Shown here: piece by piece, positions 1 through 11,207 of the stretch
Numbering within the stretch: position 1 is the stretch's first letter
Layout of the letters: each line of letters opens with the position of its first letter
Source of the DNA: a virus
Length of the DNA: 64,000 nt
IMG/VR virus record: IMGVR_UViG_3300031576_000004
Span: 64,001 to 128,000 of that record
Strand: one strand, 5' to 3'
Program-made: the position numbers and the translations under genes
Notes under the pieces: generated by a model
The model's database searches: none
The model's input: the letters and a program-made list of their open reading frames with translations, nothing else
What the model was told of the DNA's origin: nothing

Positions 1-145
1 GATTAAAGACGTGAAGCATAATATCTCACGTAATTAATCCTTTTGTCGTGCGGCGGCGGGGCAACGTTGAGCCTCGCTGCCGCATCTTATCAGTCACCAA
101 TGTTTATTAGCTTCTATATCCAATTTAACCACACAGGAGGCATCT

Positions 146-394
146 ATGCCTAACATTTGCGGGAGCACGAGGAACCATCATAATGCACAGACAATTATTT
201 TTGATGGATACTCTAACTGCTTTGACGTGAAAACACCGAAAGACAAGTATGACAGAAATTATGTATACGCTGCTCTGCGTTGCGCTTCATGTGGAGCATT
301 AAAATTCCACGTTGGGTCATATACAAGTGGCTGGTTAAAAGCTGGAATAAAAATGTCGAAGCTTAGATGGAAAAAGCATTGGAGCCAAAAATGA
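146..394 (+). CDS. hypothetical protein (CxxC)
   Basis: SD CAGGAGG upstream; CASC motif. Confidence 0.6.
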   Translation: MPNICGSTRNHHNAQTIIFDGYSNCFDVKTPKDKYDRNYVYAALRCASCGALKFHVGSYTSGWLKAGIKMSKLRWKKHWSQK

Positions 395-667
395 ACACGC
401 CAACAACTCCAATCACGCACGGAGGCACAGAGCGCACATATCAATTCTGCAAATGCAGGGAATGCGGCAGAATCGAGCGCTGCACACCAGATTTCGATTT
501 CTATACCACAGCTAGAGACGGAGACACAGGACCGCTTTATTGCGAGAGCTGCATTTACGCTGTCCACGACCGACACAAGGCAGAGGATAAAGCGCGCAAA
601 GAGGCTGAAGGAATAAGGAATATTGGATGGAAAACATTACAACTAACAACATAGATAGGAGACCAGA

Positions 668-946
668 ATGAATTACGCCATGGCTTTGCTCGTCGGCGTT
701 GTTATTGGCTCAGGCCTCTGCAAGCTGACGTGGCTCTATTTCGGGAAGCCATGCAGCCCGATGTGCAATGGAAATGAAAATTACCAAAAGCTCATCGATG
801 CATGCAAATGGTCTAAATGGCTTATTGATCAGAAGGAATACAAAGAAGTGCGCGAGCGTTTAAACGCCACAGGCTGGCAAGACACAGAGATAATTTATGA
901 GATGCTTGAAACCGCGCTTAAACAGGAGAACCCATGCACGACATAA
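668..946 (+). CDS. hypothetical membrane-anchored protein
   Basis: SD AGGAG; hydrophobic N-terminus. Confidence 0.6.
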   Translation: MNYAMALLVGVVIGSGLCKLTWLYFGKPCSPMCNGNENYQKLIDACKWSKWLIDQKEYKEVRERLNATGWQDTEIIYEMLETALKQENPCTT

Positions 947-1091
947 TCCAAAACTGCTGCGTCGCCATTTGCTTTGGGACCACAGCTAATATCCACAGCA
1001 ATAACGATCTTTCCATGAGCTGCTCTTTCGCGATCTTCGGATACATCCTCAGCTCTATTAGGTGTGATATCAGGGATATCAGGAGGAAGTA

Positions 1092-1409
1092 ATGGACGTA
1101 CAAGATCTTTTCGAAAAGCACGAAGATGAATTCATCAAGTTCGACAGGGTGCCTGAGCACACACGCGTGACCAATAGGGCAGACATTAATGCCTTTATCC
1201 TGCTGGATAAGTTTGTTCCTGGAGCCACCGATATGGTGTGCTCCGCTGGGCACGATGAGATCTGGCTGGACGTAAGCCCAGATGATCTGCAGGCAGGACT
1301 CAATGCCGCCGGCCTCTCTGAGCAGGATAAAGAGAATGTGGTCATCACTCTTGCCCGCTGTGGAGTGCGCTACGACAGCGAAACTGATTCATTGGCCATG
1401 TTTGTCTAA
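1092..1409 (+). CDS. hypothetical protein
   Basis: SD AGGAGG; stop overlaps next start. Confidence 0.7.
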   Translation: MDVQDLFEKHEDEFIKFDRVPEHTRVTNRADINAFILLDKFVPGATDMVCSAGHDEIWLDVSPDDLQAGLNAAGLSEQDKENVVITLARCGVRYDSETDSLAMFV

Positions 1410-1643
1410 TGCATCCTCGCTATCTCCATGTTTGCGATGGACACCGGTTCCTGGGATATCACGGCATTACAGATCTGTGGTATTGCCCAGATAAGGCTGG
1501 AGACCATCTGCTAATAGCCAGATACAGCAGTGGGGTGGCTGATTTCTCGTCCTATTCTGTAAGCTCAATATCTCTGAAAGAATTCAATAACTGGAGAGAA
1601 GAGATATTCAGCCGCGTCAGAGAGATGGAGCTGACAGGGTTCT

Positions 1644-2111
1644 ATGTCCCATAATCGCAGGAGAAACATGAAAGTCTACGAAAAAATTGCTCTGCGGGCC
1701 ATTGAGATCGAAAAGATAGACTCAGAGCATTTAGACAAAGCAGTCAGTGCCTCTCTCTTTGGTGCTCTGATGGAATATCTCGACGAAGAGAAAGCTCGCA
1801 CAGACGTCATCGCAGAACAGCTAGTCGATCTGACCGATAGGATTGAAGAGGTTGCAGATGACGTTGAGGAACTATCAGACGAGGACCTTGAACAGTCCGA
1901 AAAGGAACTCAATCTCGCTCTAGCCGTCACGGATGCCCTTAATATTGCTCTCAAATATGGACAGATAGACGGCGCACACCACAAGCTCTGGGTAATCGAT
2001 CAGATGGTCAGAGCACTCACAGGCCATAATTATGATGCCTGGGTAAAGCTGCATTGCGCCGGATCTGACGGACCAAACACACATGGCTGGGATGTTGGGA
2101 TTGCACCATAA
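1644..2111 (+). CDS. hypothetical phage protein
   Basis: Coiled-coil-like acidic region plus C-terminal YGQIDGAHHKLWVIDQMVRAL...WDVGIAP block; true start may be slightly downstream, after the AGGAG site. Confidence 0.65.
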   Translation: MSHNRRRNMKVYEKIALRAIEIEKIDSEHLDKAVSASLFGALMEYLDEEKARTDVIAEQLVDLTDRIEEVADDVEELSDEDLEQSEKELNLALAVTDALNIALKYGQIDGAHHKLWVIDQMVRALTGHNYDAWVKLHCAGSDGPNTHGWDVGIAP

Positions 2112-2131
2112 CAATTTAAGGAGCTAACGAC

Positions 2132-2464
2132 ATGAAACTCCCTCCAAAAGTAAAAGCCGCAATTAAGCGGTATTTCGATAACAGGAACGTGATGAGGTTC
2201 CACGGTCAGCCATGGGATAAGAAAGCAGATCTGGACAACCTGATGGCGATCCTCATGAAGACCAAAGGATTCGGCAATCTCCAGGCAGTTGCTGGAACCT
2301 TCTGGATCTCATGGAAGAATGGCATCCAGACAACCCACAGCGAGAAGAATTATTGGACCTGCAAGGTCCTGTCGCGCAGGAATAAGAAGGGCATTTTCGT
2401 TTCTGTGGACAAAGAATGGCGCAAGAGAGAGCAGGCTAATAAGATTGGGCCATACTTTGCATAA
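2132..2464 (+). CDS. hypothetical protein
   Basis: SD AAGGAG, 110 aa ORF. Confidence 0.65.
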   Translation: MKLPPKVKAAIKRYFDNRNVMRFHGQPWDKKADLDNLMAILMKTKGFGNLQAVAGTFWISWKNGIQTTHSEKNYWTCKVLSRRNKKGIFVSVDKEWRKREQANKIGPYFA

Positions 2465-2656
2465 GTGCTCCAACATTACGTGCAACAATAAAGCCACAGT
2501 CGATGAGGATGCTCACCGGCTATTCGCTGGCGATAAAGATCTCACCTACGTAAGGCTCAAGTTCTGCAGGCGCTGCAGCAATATCTATGAGCATTACCAC
2601 CAAGAGCAACGCAACGATGCATATGAAGCCGGAGCTGATTCTCACGGAGACAACAA

Positions 2657-3043
2657 ATGAGGCATAACTTGCTTACGTGCTGTTCGGAATGCCCTTTCAG
2701 GCGGAACGCAATGCCTGGCTGGCTCGGACCTGACACCATCGAAGCCGTGATGCGCAAAGTCCATGGCGAAGCCGGATATACCTGCCACATGAGTGTCAGC
2801 AGTGAGCTGGCTGGATTACCAGAAGATGAGGCGATTGTTGATATAGACAATATCGAACAATGCGCTGGTGCTTTAATGCATGCGAATAAGACTCATAAGA
2901 TTTATCGCAACCCAGAGCTGCGTGAGCACCAGGAACGCGTGAAAGATATCCCGATCCTTGGCAAGGATTTCTCTGAACATCACAGTGTTTTTGGGAGGAA
3001 GCTCAAATGCAAAAGAAAAAGAAAGAAATCCTCGCGTACTTAG
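2657..3043 (+). CDS. Cys/His metal-binding protein (DUF6283-like)
   Basis: CSECPFR...CH...QCAGA pattern. Confidence 0.5.
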   Translation: MRHNLLTCCSECPFRRNAMPGWLGPDTIEAVMRKVHGEAGYTCHMSVSSELAGLPEDEAIVDIDNIEQCAGALMHANKTHKIYRNPELREHQERVKDIPILGKDFSEHHSVFGRKLKCKRKRKKSSRT

Positions 3044-3570
3044 CTGGTGTGATGGACAGCGATGGTTCGTTCGGAATTAAGAAAGACGGCAACCATGCCA
3101 GGGCAGGCAGGAACGGGAAATCTGAACAGATAAATTATTCCTATAGAATTCGCCTGGCAATAGCACAGGTTTCTTTAGAAGCCATTGCCTTGCTGCAAAT
3201 GACATTCGGGGGATCAATCAGGAGATCAAAGCCATCAACAAAAAATGGCAAACCCATGTTCAGGCTGGATCTTTTTGATCGAAGGGCCGAAACCGCGACA
3301 AGAGCTCTCCTGCCTTATTTGCGCATAAAGAAGCGCCAAGCAGAACTGCTTCTCGAAGTTCGAAAAATCAAGAAACAAGGACTAAAAGGAATTCATCTTG
3401 ATCGCGCAAAAACCAGATGGGGAAAGATTGCGCTTTTCAAGCGACGCTGTTGGTCAAATGAACAGGTCAACGCGATGGATTCCATCAGAGCGCAGGTTAT
3501 GTCTCTTAATGACTGCAGGAGACATCGTCGGTTCCAACCAAAAAGAATTCCACATGTTGTGCATACATAG
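3007..3570 (+). CDS. single-motif LAGLIDADG homing endonuclease
   Basis: LAYLAGVMDSDGSF motif; LLPYLRIKKRQAELL helix. Confidence 0.85.
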   Translation: MQKKKKEILAYLAGVMDSDGSFGIKKDGNHARAGRNGKSEQINYSYRIRLAIAQVSLEAIALLQMTFGGSIRRSKPSTKNGKPMFRLDLFDRRAETATRALLPYLRIKKRQAELLLEVRKIKKQGLKGIHLDRAKTRWGKIALFKRRCWSNEQVNAMDSIRAQVMSLNDCRRHRRFQPKRIPHVVHT

Positions 3571-3579
3571 GCGGAATCG

Positions 3580-3867
3580 ATGAGCAAAGGAAAAGATTTT
3601 AAATTCCTCGGAACTATGGGCGGAATCCATATCGACGACTGGAGCTTGACACTGTGGGGCTGGATTGAAGGCGCGGATTCGTGGATGCCAATATGTCATG
3701 GCAACGACGTAAACGAAATGGTCGATTACTACGAAGGCAGAGTCACGGCAGACGAACGAATCGTTAGTGTTTTCGCAATAAGCCCGCGCCCAGGAAAAGA
3801 TTGGAAGCCTGAAGGACTTATGATTATCAGGATTGGAGATAACCCTCTTCCATTGGTGGTCATATGA
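3580..3867 (+). CDS. hypothetical protein, paralog 1 of a tandem triplet
   Basis: WSLTLWG...FAIS...PLPLVVI shared with the next two ORFs. Confidence 0.7.
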   Translation: MSKGKDFKFLGTMGGIHIDDWSLTLWGWIEGADSWMPICHGNDVNEMVDYYEGRVTADERIVSVFAISPRPGKDWKPEGLMIIRIGDNPLPLVVI

Positions 3868-4145
3868 AAAAGGACTGGACTCTAACTCTCTGGGGATTCC
3901 ATTCTCAATATGGCCATTGGGCTCCGCTAGTCCACGGCTACACCGAAGCTTCAGTGATTGGCGATCTGGACGAATACCCAGATGAATCGCTTGAGCTGTA
4001 TTCCTATTTCGCCATCTCTAAATATAAAGAGGGATGGGACAGGATAGACGGAGATTCCCCAGACAGGTGGCGAGCGCATATCTATGCAAACGTGTTCATT
4101 AAGAACAAGAAGGCCAACAGCCCTCTTCCGCTAGTGATCATATGA
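3864..4145 (+). CDS. hypothetical protein, paralog 2
   Basis: WTLTLWG...FAIS...PLPLVII. Confidence 0.7.
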   Translation: MKKDWTLTLWGFHSQYGHWAPLVHGYTEASVIGDLDEYPDESLELYSYFAISKYKEGWDRIDGDSPDRWRAHIYANVFIKNKKANSPLPLVII

Positions 4146-4435
4146 GCCAAGATCCACCAAGTTTGATATACATGACTCTTTGGGGGTATTCCATTCAGTC
4201 CCAGGTCTGGCAACCGATGTCGGATGGATTTAGCAACTCTATGGAGTCCTTTATAAATAGAGTCTTTGATCCATTAGGCTACAAATCTCTGGAAGACAAA
4301 TACTCTGAATTTGCCATATCTTCTGGGAAAGTAGTCGATGATGGATCTGGGAATACAGAGCTTAGTAGAAACATCCCAAAGAATTATGTTTACCTGGTAC
4401 GAATGCCAGATTGCCCCATCCCATTACAAGTTTAA
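4142..4435 (+). CDS. hypothetical protein, paralog 3
   Basis: MTLWG...FAIS...PIPLQV. Confidence 0.7.
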   Translation: MSQDPPSLIYMTLWGYSIQSQVWQPMSDGFSNSMESFINRVFDPLGYKSLEDKYSEFAISSGKVVDDGSGNTELSRNIPKNYVYLVRMPDCPIPLQV

Positions 4436-4446
4436 TAGGAGCGCAA

Positions 4447-4563
4447 ATGCTTGAGATTCTCAAGTTCGTGTTCTCGTCCTTCTGGATCTGGCTTGGCACC
4501 GCTGTTTTCCTTGGCATCATTGCTGAGGGGCTTAGCGGGATGGTCAGGAGATTCACAAAGTGA
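4447..4563 (+). CDS. small membrane protein (38 aa, below the ORF track cutoff)
   Basis: SD AGGAG; MLEILKFVFSSFWIWLGTAVFLGIIAEGLSGMVRRFTK. Confidence 0.55.
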   Translation: MLEILKFVFSSFWIWLGTAVFLGIIAEGLSGMVRRFTK

Positions 4564-4754
4564 TCGCCGACTTCCTGCGTAAGCTTGCCTCGTGCCTTGA
4601 TGGCAAGACCTACGTATATACAGAAACGACCTACACATGGGACGAAGCAAACAAACACTTCGACAAAGTGTGGGTCCATTTCGACGCTGCCTTTGCTGAA
4701 ATGCATAAGGCTTTCGACACAATACGCAAACAACCACATAAAAAGGAATAAATC

Positions 4755-5405
4755 ATGCAGGAAATGAAAGAGTTCAAGCCAGAGATGCATCGAAGCTACC
4801 TGATTCAGAGACTGGTTAAACCTCATGCACTCTCAATGAAGATCGGCGGGAAGCAGATCGACAACCCATTCTGTTTTGGTGGTGGACTCGTAAATGGCGG
4901 TCTTTCTGATAAAGCCATGGACCTTTTCAGGGAGATCTTCTCATTCGACTATATGGGAGCAGCAGAATTTGAATTTGGATCTATCCCAGCAGCGTTTAAC
5001 GCAATCGCAAAAGAAATCAAGAAATACACCACATTCACGATTAGCCTAAAGCGCTCGGATCTCGGCAGACCTAGCTGGCTAAGTTGGGGACCAGCAAACG
5101 AACAGCTTGAAAAAGATAAGGCTTTTACGGAAATTCGGAAAGGATCAGCCGAGATCTACGTGTTTTGCCGCAAAGAACATGAAGAAGAGGTCCGCAAGCG
5201 CCTTCTTAAGATGGCACATGGCAAAGAGAGAGACACGAAAGAATATGTCGGACTGAGGGAGTCCATACTTCCTGACCCTACCTCTACATCTCGCCATAAT
5301 CCGCATGGATGGATTGAAATTGATAATGGTTTCATGTTCTTCACAGACAAAGAGATGGCTACAAAGACTTGCGGTCTTTTTGGCCTCAAGCTTTCACCAC
5401 ATTAA
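4755..5405 (+). CDS. hypothetical phage protein
   Basis: 216 aa ORF with FDYMGAAEFEFG block. Confidence 0.75.
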   Translation: MQEMKEFKPEMHRSYLIQRLVKPHALSMKIGGKQIDNPFCFGGGLVNGGLSDKAMDLFREIFSFDYMGAAEFEFGSIPAAFNAIAKEIKKYTTFTISLKRSDLGRPSWLSWGPANEQLEKDKAFTEIRKGSAEIYVFCRKEHEEEVRKRLLKMAHGKERDTKEYVGLRESILPDPTSTSRHNPHGWIEIDNGFMFFTDKEMATKTCGLFGLKLSPH

Positions 5406-5419
5406 ATAAGGAGTAATCA

Positions 5420-5620
5420 ATGTTCACCACCTGGTGCAACGTGGACGGGTGCCGCACCCGCTACAAGGGCAACGACAGGCCGAAGGACAGCTACACCTGC
5501 AACAAGCACAAGAGGCTCAAGGCCCGTGCGCCGAAGCAGAAGGCCTACGCCGAGAAGGACGCGGCAAACAAGCTCGCTGCCGAGCAGGCTGGGATCATGG
5601 TCGTCGAGCCGCCCGCCTAG
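5420..5620 (+). CDS. small Cys/His protein
   Basis: SD AAGGAG; CxxxxC...CxxH. Confidence 0.65.
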   Translation: MFTTWCNVDGCRTRYKGNDRPKDSYTCNKHKRLKARAPKQKAYAEKDAANKLAAEQAGIMVVEPPA

Positions 5621-5625
5621 ATAGC

Positions 5626-5635
5626 GGTATAAGAG
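5626..5635 (+). promoter_or_regulatory. recurrent GGTATAAGA motif (putative phage promoter)
   Basis: Also intergenic at 24581, 39514 and 63196, each upstream of a + strand unit. Confidence 0.5.
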
Positions 5636-5871
5636 CATAGAGACAAATCTAACTACACAAAGGAGGATCTATGACAGACTCAATGCCGATCTCTGCCAAT
5701 ATCCTCAGGCTTATGAGGATGCCTACCCAAAAGGAAGCCGACCACAGGATCAAAGCAGATAACTTCCTTCGGGCCAAGATCGCCCATATCACCATGCTCA
5801 AAAAGGATGGCGAGATGGTGTCCTTTGCGGATATGTATCCCCATGACAAAGACCAAATGGATCTGTGATCC

Positions 5872-5901
5872 AAGGCGCGGGCTAACAACCCGCGCTTTTT
5901 T
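5872..5901 (+). terminator. intrinsic terminator
   Basis: GCGCGGG-loop-CCCGCGC followed by a T-tract. Confidence 0.75.
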
Positions 5902-5915
5902 AAATAGGAGAATTA

Positions 5916-6527
5916 ATGCCGTACACAACGGTTACTGATAAAGACGGAAAGAAACATCGACTTAAGCATATGTCCAAAAAAGAAATGAAAGCCCATGGGA
6001 AGCAGAGCGATGGCATGCACCGCGTATGGCATATCTTTAACAAAGAGATCCGCCCTAACGGAAAGTGGATGTACATTGGGTCAGACCTAGAAGACAAGGT
6101 CGAGGAATTCGCTAAGCGATTCCCGAATGATGTCTTTGTTAGCTACTGCGACGACACCACCTTCTGCTCTTCCACCATCGCTTTGTTTGAGCATAAGTGC
6201 GCCACTAAATACATGGGCACAAGCATGCTCCTAATTCCCCAGCACGATGGAGAGCCAAGCGAAGTATTCCTATACCCAGGACATCAGCTTGGATTAATCC
6301 GTAGTCTGCAGGCGCTTGGAAAGCTTCCTGGGAATAAGACAATCTACGGGCTCTATCATAAATCTGTGGGTATGAATAAATTCAGGCATATCTATGATTT
6401 CGAGACCAGAAAGAAAGCAGCAGCTGGCCTTAAGTCTGTCCAGAAGGCTTCAAAGGTTAAGGCTGACAAGACCCAGTGGAGACTCAAGGCATTCGTGGGC
6501 AAGCGCCCAGATTTGGAGATCAAGTGA
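5916..6527 (+). CDS. hypothetical protein
   Basis: SD AGGAG, 203 aa. Confidence 0.7.
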   Translation: MPYTTVTDKDGKKHRLKHMSKKEMKAHGKQSDGMHRVWHIFNKEIRPNGKWMYIGSDLEDKVEEFAKRFPNDVFVSYCDDTTFCSSTIALFEHKCATKYMGTSMLLIPQHDGEPSEVFLYPGHQLGLIRSLQALGKLPGNKTIYGLYHKSVGMNKFRHIYDFETRKKAAAGLKSVQKASKVKADKTQWRLKAFVGKRPDLEIK

Positions 6528-6694
6528 TTACTGAGAAACAATTCAAGGCTTACGTGAAGGTGCAGATGTCAGGTGTAACCAATATGTTCGACCTGCGCAC
6601 GGTCGAAGCGCTCTCAGGCCTTGAAAAGGATGAGATCGAAGAGATCATGGCTAACTACGATGAACTGGATAAGAAGTATGGAACGCCGGTCTAA
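6524..6694 (+). CDS. DUF5049-like small protein
   Basis: GTG start after GGAG; QMSGVTNMFD motif. Confidence 0.55.
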   Translation: MITEKQFKAYVKVQMSGVTNMFDLRTVEALSGLEKDEIEEIMANYDELDKKYGTPV

Positions 6695-7491
6695 TGCTAA
6701 AACTGTTTTGCAACAAGTGTGAAAAGCCACTCGAATATGATGTCAAGAGGTGGGGCAATCTAACGCTTGTCCCAAAGTATTCTTCAGTCCTTCTGATGAA
6801 CACTAATCACGACATGCCTGGAATGGCCACAGACAGATCCATTATGGTTAACGATCTCATGAAGGCAGACTGCATCCGTCTATGCAATAAATGCACCATG
6901 GATGTGAATGATTGGATCAATGGGGACAGCAAGACCTTAGTAACCAAACCAGGCTTCCAAGACATTGGGAATAAGGTTGGGCTGAAAGAGAAGACCTATT
7001 CACATGCCAAACAATATAGAGAGCTTGAGCTTGTGCGTGAAGAGCTCAGACGCATTCGAGCTGATATGGTCGAGGGCAACTATTCCAAGAAAGACGCGGC
7101 TGGCTTCACTCTAGAACACCAACTCAAAGACCTTATCGGAGCGCTTGCACAGCGCCCCTATCCAACGGAAAGATTCGGAGATATAGAGGTCGGCTTCAAA
7201 CAAATCACAGAGGACGCCACAGCTCTTCTGGATAATTTCAGAAAGCTGCCTATCCATGTGAATTATTGGCGCTGGAAGAGAATTCCCGCCAATTTGACCC
7301 ACGATACTCGCACATGGAAAAGGTGTGGCGACGGCGGCACAGGCAAGGTTAGAAGCTTCTTGAGAATGTCTGAGGCTAAAAGAGATCTTAATAAGAATAG
7401 AAACGGAAGGTTTAGCAGCAAGCATTGCGCTTTTATGATGCGCACATATCGTCCTGGACAAGAGATCCTCGACACAATACCGTGTAAGTAA
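6694..7491 (+). CDS. hypothetical protein with N-terminal CxxC...CxxC
   Basis: 265 aa ORF coupled to the upstream stop. Confidence 0.65.
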   Translation: MLKLFCNKCEKPLEYDVKRWGNLTLVPKYSSVLLMNTNHDMPGMATDRSIMVNDLMKADCIRLCNKCTMDVNDWINGDSKTLVTKPGFQDIGNKVGLKEKTYSHAKQYRELELVREELRRIRADMVEGNYSKKDAAGFTLEHQLKDLIGALAQRPYPTERFGDIEVGFKQITEDATALLDNFRKLPIHVNYWRWKRIPANLTHDTRTWKRCGDGGTGKVRSFLRMSEAKRDLNKNRNGRFSSKHCAFMMRTYRPGQEILDTIPCK

Positions 7492-7495
7492 TATT

Positions 7496-7648
7496 GGTGG
7501 CGGCGGCTGGACAGCCTAGCGGTGTAATAGCCGTAGAACATAGTCCAGATTGTTGACAGAACGGCCGAACCTTGGTAGGCCGCGTATGAACAAGAGCAGG
7601 GGGACAAGGTTAGCCATGCGCGCAGGAGTAGCGTCCTGCCCGCCACCA
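7496..7648 (+). ncRNA. tRNA-like structured RNA A
   Basis: 5' GGTGGCGG pairs with 3' CCGCCACC(A); T-arm-like GCAGG-AGTAGCGT-CCTGC; 3' end resembles the element at 18335. Confidence 0.55.
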
Positions 7649-9152
7649 TTCAACTCAAGGAGACAAATGATCGAACTTCCAAAGGTTCCTAAAGGCTTTA
7701 AGCTAATGTTCTGCCGATGCAAAACCAAAGGCTGCAAGCGAGTATATTCTCGAGTTTATCAACCATATTCTTTGGGGAGCCCAATTCTAACAACGCCATG
7801 CGGCCACAGTATTGGACATCAAGATTACAACTTAGTGGAAATCACCAGAAAGCAATTTGAGCTTGTGGAAGGCAGACGACTAAGGCAGCTAAAGCTCGCT
7901 GGATACCAGATGACAGAGAAAGGGTTTTAATGCGCTTCGCAAGAAAGATAAGTAAATTCAAAGCAATCGAGTTAGATGTCCTGCAGTTCAGGTGGTCTAA
8001 GACCGCCCAGGTCTTCACGCCATTCTGCCTGGACTGCAATCTCCATTACAGGGGAGATCATAGTCCATCGTTCTATATCCAGTGCGTCCTGTTGAATATC
8101 AACCTCATCGAATTCAGCTGGCACGACATTAGGCACGAGGAGGATCTTGATGACAGCTTCGACGTCCACGATTAAGTTCAAACCGCATTACTCAGGTCCA
8201 TTATCCAGGAAGTTCTGGAGCCAGGTTAATTCTGTTAAGGGCTCAGCGTGGGGACCAATGTATACGCTTGGCTGCGCCCTGCAGAATCTCGAAGGCCAAG
8301 TGCTTAGAGAGCTAGCGGAGCTTCCTAAGGGCAAGAACCGCGAAGCAGCCATGCGTAGGTGGTGTGATAAGCGATCCTTTTCAATAATTGTGGAGGAGTT
8401 AGGTGGGAAAAATAATAAAAATCGTGAAACGCGACGTTATGGCCCTCAAGGATCTTGCAGAAAGAGCTGATGCTATCCATAAAAGCATAGCGACCACATA
8501 CCATAACGCAGACCCAAAAGTATTAGGTGAAGAAGACTGCTTTGAGCTTCAGGTCGATCTAGAGCAAATTCAAAAATGCTCGGATCACCTTTACGAAAAG
8601 TTCTGCCGCTAATGGCTACATCACCAAAGATTGATTGCACGGATCTTGCATTAAAGATAGATCATATCGAACGCGAGTGTCACGCCCGCGGCTTCCACAT
8701 CACAGGCCATGCTCTCAATGCAGCCAAGAATAAACTTGGCTATGAGACTGTCTACAAGCTGACAGGCAAGCTTGAGAATCTAGATGCTGAAGGCCGCCCG
8801 ACTCGTTAGGTGGATCCTCAAGTGGCGATGCTGGCCTAATTATCACGACTATGACTTCAAGCGTTCCGCATCATGCAATAGATGCGGATTTATTTCGTTG
8901 TCGAGTCTTTATCTGTACCAACATGCCCACTGGGAAGACCACAAATGGCTATTAGGAGGATGGTGATGAAGAAGCTTGAATATGTGTTGTTTGTGCTTGG
9001 GATCTTAATGATATGGTACGGAAGCTTTACTGCTATTACCAACAAACTAGATCATATCGAATCCATGGTAAATATAGAGGCTGATTGCATCAAGGAACAG
9101 AACAAGCTTCTCCGTAGGGGCATTAATCTCATGGGAGGAGGACAGGAAGAGC

Positions 9153-9581
9153 ATGGCCAAGAAAAGCCCGCCAAAGACGCTAGATAAGTACGCCATTAAA
9201 TATAAAGTCGAGACATGGGATCCGCCGCTTTCTTGCGAAGAGGCTCGGGAGCAGGCAGAGAAGCATGGGTGGGGAAGCACTCACGCCATGTTTATGGCCT
9301 CTATTCTTTATCCACCGAATGGCGCTTTGAGCGTTCAGTTCATGTCTAGAGACGGGCGCAATGCCGGCAAGGAGCTAGAGGATAATGAGTGGGTTAAAGT
9401 CTGGTTCCTATTAGGCCAAAGGCTGTCAGCATCTAAGACTCTGCCAGAGTTCAAGAAGCTGCTGTGCGAGAAAGTCACAGAGGCGGCTAGAGAGGTTCTA
9501 TTCGATGGCCATAAGTGCAAAGGCTTAGATTGCGCAACCAACGGTTATCACAATAAAGATAACCATGACTTCGGTGGCTAA
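9153..9581 (+). CDS. hypothetical protein
   Basis: 142 aa ORF in the operon-like run. Confidence 0.65.
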   Translation: MAKKSPPKTLDKYAIKYKVETWDPPLSCEEAREQAEKHGWGSTHAMFMASILYPPNGALSVQFMSRDGRNAGKELEDNEWVKVWFLLGQRLSASKTLPEFKKLLCEKVTEAAREVLFDGHKCKGLDCATNGYHNKDNHDFGG

Positions 9582-10720
9582 TGGATATCACTAGCTCTGA
9601 TAATGCGGCCAGAGTTGAAGAGCTTACTATTGAGAACACATTGCTCGAAAGACAAGTTGCAAGGCTTGAAGCAGAAGCCGGCGTATATAAGGCTGAGTTC
9701 TATTTTGAGATGCAGAAGTTGCTCAGAAAGATCTTGTCTGGAGATGTCCGCAATTGGCGAGACGAATACTTTAAACACGTTCGAGCTCTCCAGAAAACAT
9801 GCCGGCGAGTTAGCGCTGCAATAAAAGACATTGATGATCCCAGGCTAGACCAGGCTAAGAGGGATCTCGGAAAGGTGCTATCTGGTGAGTACGGAAAAGA
9901 CCCAGCCGAAGACTGACATGGCCACTGGCGGATTTACTGCGGCGCAAATTCATAAAATGCCGCTAAGATCTCTAAGGCCTATCTTGGTCATAACTAATAT
10001 CAAGGAGGAACCAATCACTATTCCAGAGGAATACGTAACGTCTCTAGAGAACGCCAGGACGTTCCTTCAGGGCATACTGGCCAATACAAAGCTTCCAATA
10101 AAGATGCGCAAAGAGGCCAGAGCCAGGCTAAAGCATTTACCATCACACATGGATCTTGTAGTCCGCGGCGACGAAATAATTACAGCCGCAAGGGAGTTAT
10201 ATGATCGACGAAAGCAAGCTGCAAATGATCGAGAGCTCCGCGTGTAGCAGGAGCGTAAGTCATCCGCACATGGCTGGAGATACAGACGCAATCTGCCAGC
10301 TCGTGCACGACTACAAACAGCTCAAGGAAGCCGCTGCAAAGGTAATGTTCTCTATCGATGAGCGCATCGAACATTGCTGCGGGAGCGATGAGGCGCAGGC
10401 CCCTAGCTTCTGTGAGAGCTATGGCTGCAGCACTCTTAGAACCTTAGAGAAACCTTTGGTGGAGGCAATGAAGTGAAGAGAAAGCAGAAGAAGGCCCACA
10501 AGGAGCTACCTAAAGAGGCGGTCCTAACTGTCCTAGAAGAAGTAAATTCGTATATTGAATCTGCAATTCACGAGATCCCTAATGAAATGTTTGACAACAA
10601 TTCTCCTTATGGGAAAAGCCTAAGCGAACTCAGGAGCAAACTCTTTGAAGCTCAGGTCGAATATCTAGAAGATCTGAAAGGCACGATCGAGGATGCACTG
10701 CAAGAAGAACAGGACGCGGC

Positions 10721-11176
10721 TTGAAGCTAGTAAATAAGGACATATGGGAGTCAAAAGACAGCGTTATCGCTGTGACCACCAACAGCTTCATAAAGAAGTC
10801 TGGCGATCTGGTTATGGGCCGCGGAGCTGCCTACGAGGCCATGCAGAGATTCCCGTGGCTACCTAAGATCGCCGGCGACCAAATCCTGAAGCATTACAAA
10901 CATCTTGGCGTGTATCACTGGATGGTTCTCGGTCCAATGGGCAATGCACAGGACAGAAGCATTGGCCTATTCCAGGTTAAATACCACTTCAGGGATGCTG
11001 CTAGCCTGCAGCTCATAAAAGAATCTGTGGATAAACTTAATGAATGGGTCCGGATTTCTGATAGAACCGTCTCCCTGAATTTCCCTGGAATAGGGAATGG
11101 CGGGCTTTCGATTGATACCGTACTGCCAGTTGTTTCAAATCTTGATGAAAGGGTTACTGTTTACAAGTGGCCTTGA
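10721..11176 (+). CDS. macrodomain-like (ADP-ribose-binding/processing) protein
   Basis: DIW...VTTN...LVMGRGAA...FQVKYH...PGIGNGGL pattern. Confidence 0.7.
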   Translation: MKLVNKDIWESKDSVIAVTTNSFIKKSGDLVMGRGAAYEAMQRFPWLPKIAGDQILKHYKHLGVYHWMVLGPMGNAQDRSIGLFQVKYHFRDAASLQLIKESVDKLNEWVRISDRTVSLNFPGIGNGGLSIDTVLPVVSNLDERVTVYKWP

Positions 11177-11201
11177 CTCAATGAAGTGGTCTCGATATAA
11201 T
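11173..11201 (+). promoter_or_regulatory. sigma70-type promoter for a leaderless LAGLIDADG mRNA
   Basis: TTGACT-17 bp-TATAAT; ATG begins 7 nt after the -10 box. Confidence 0.65.
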
Positions 11202-11207
11202 GGCTGA

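Noticed and set aside
7550-7666. N-terminal extension of ORF 7550-7930
   Set aside because: It overlaps structured RNA A; the SD AAGGAG supports a start at MIELPK near 7667.
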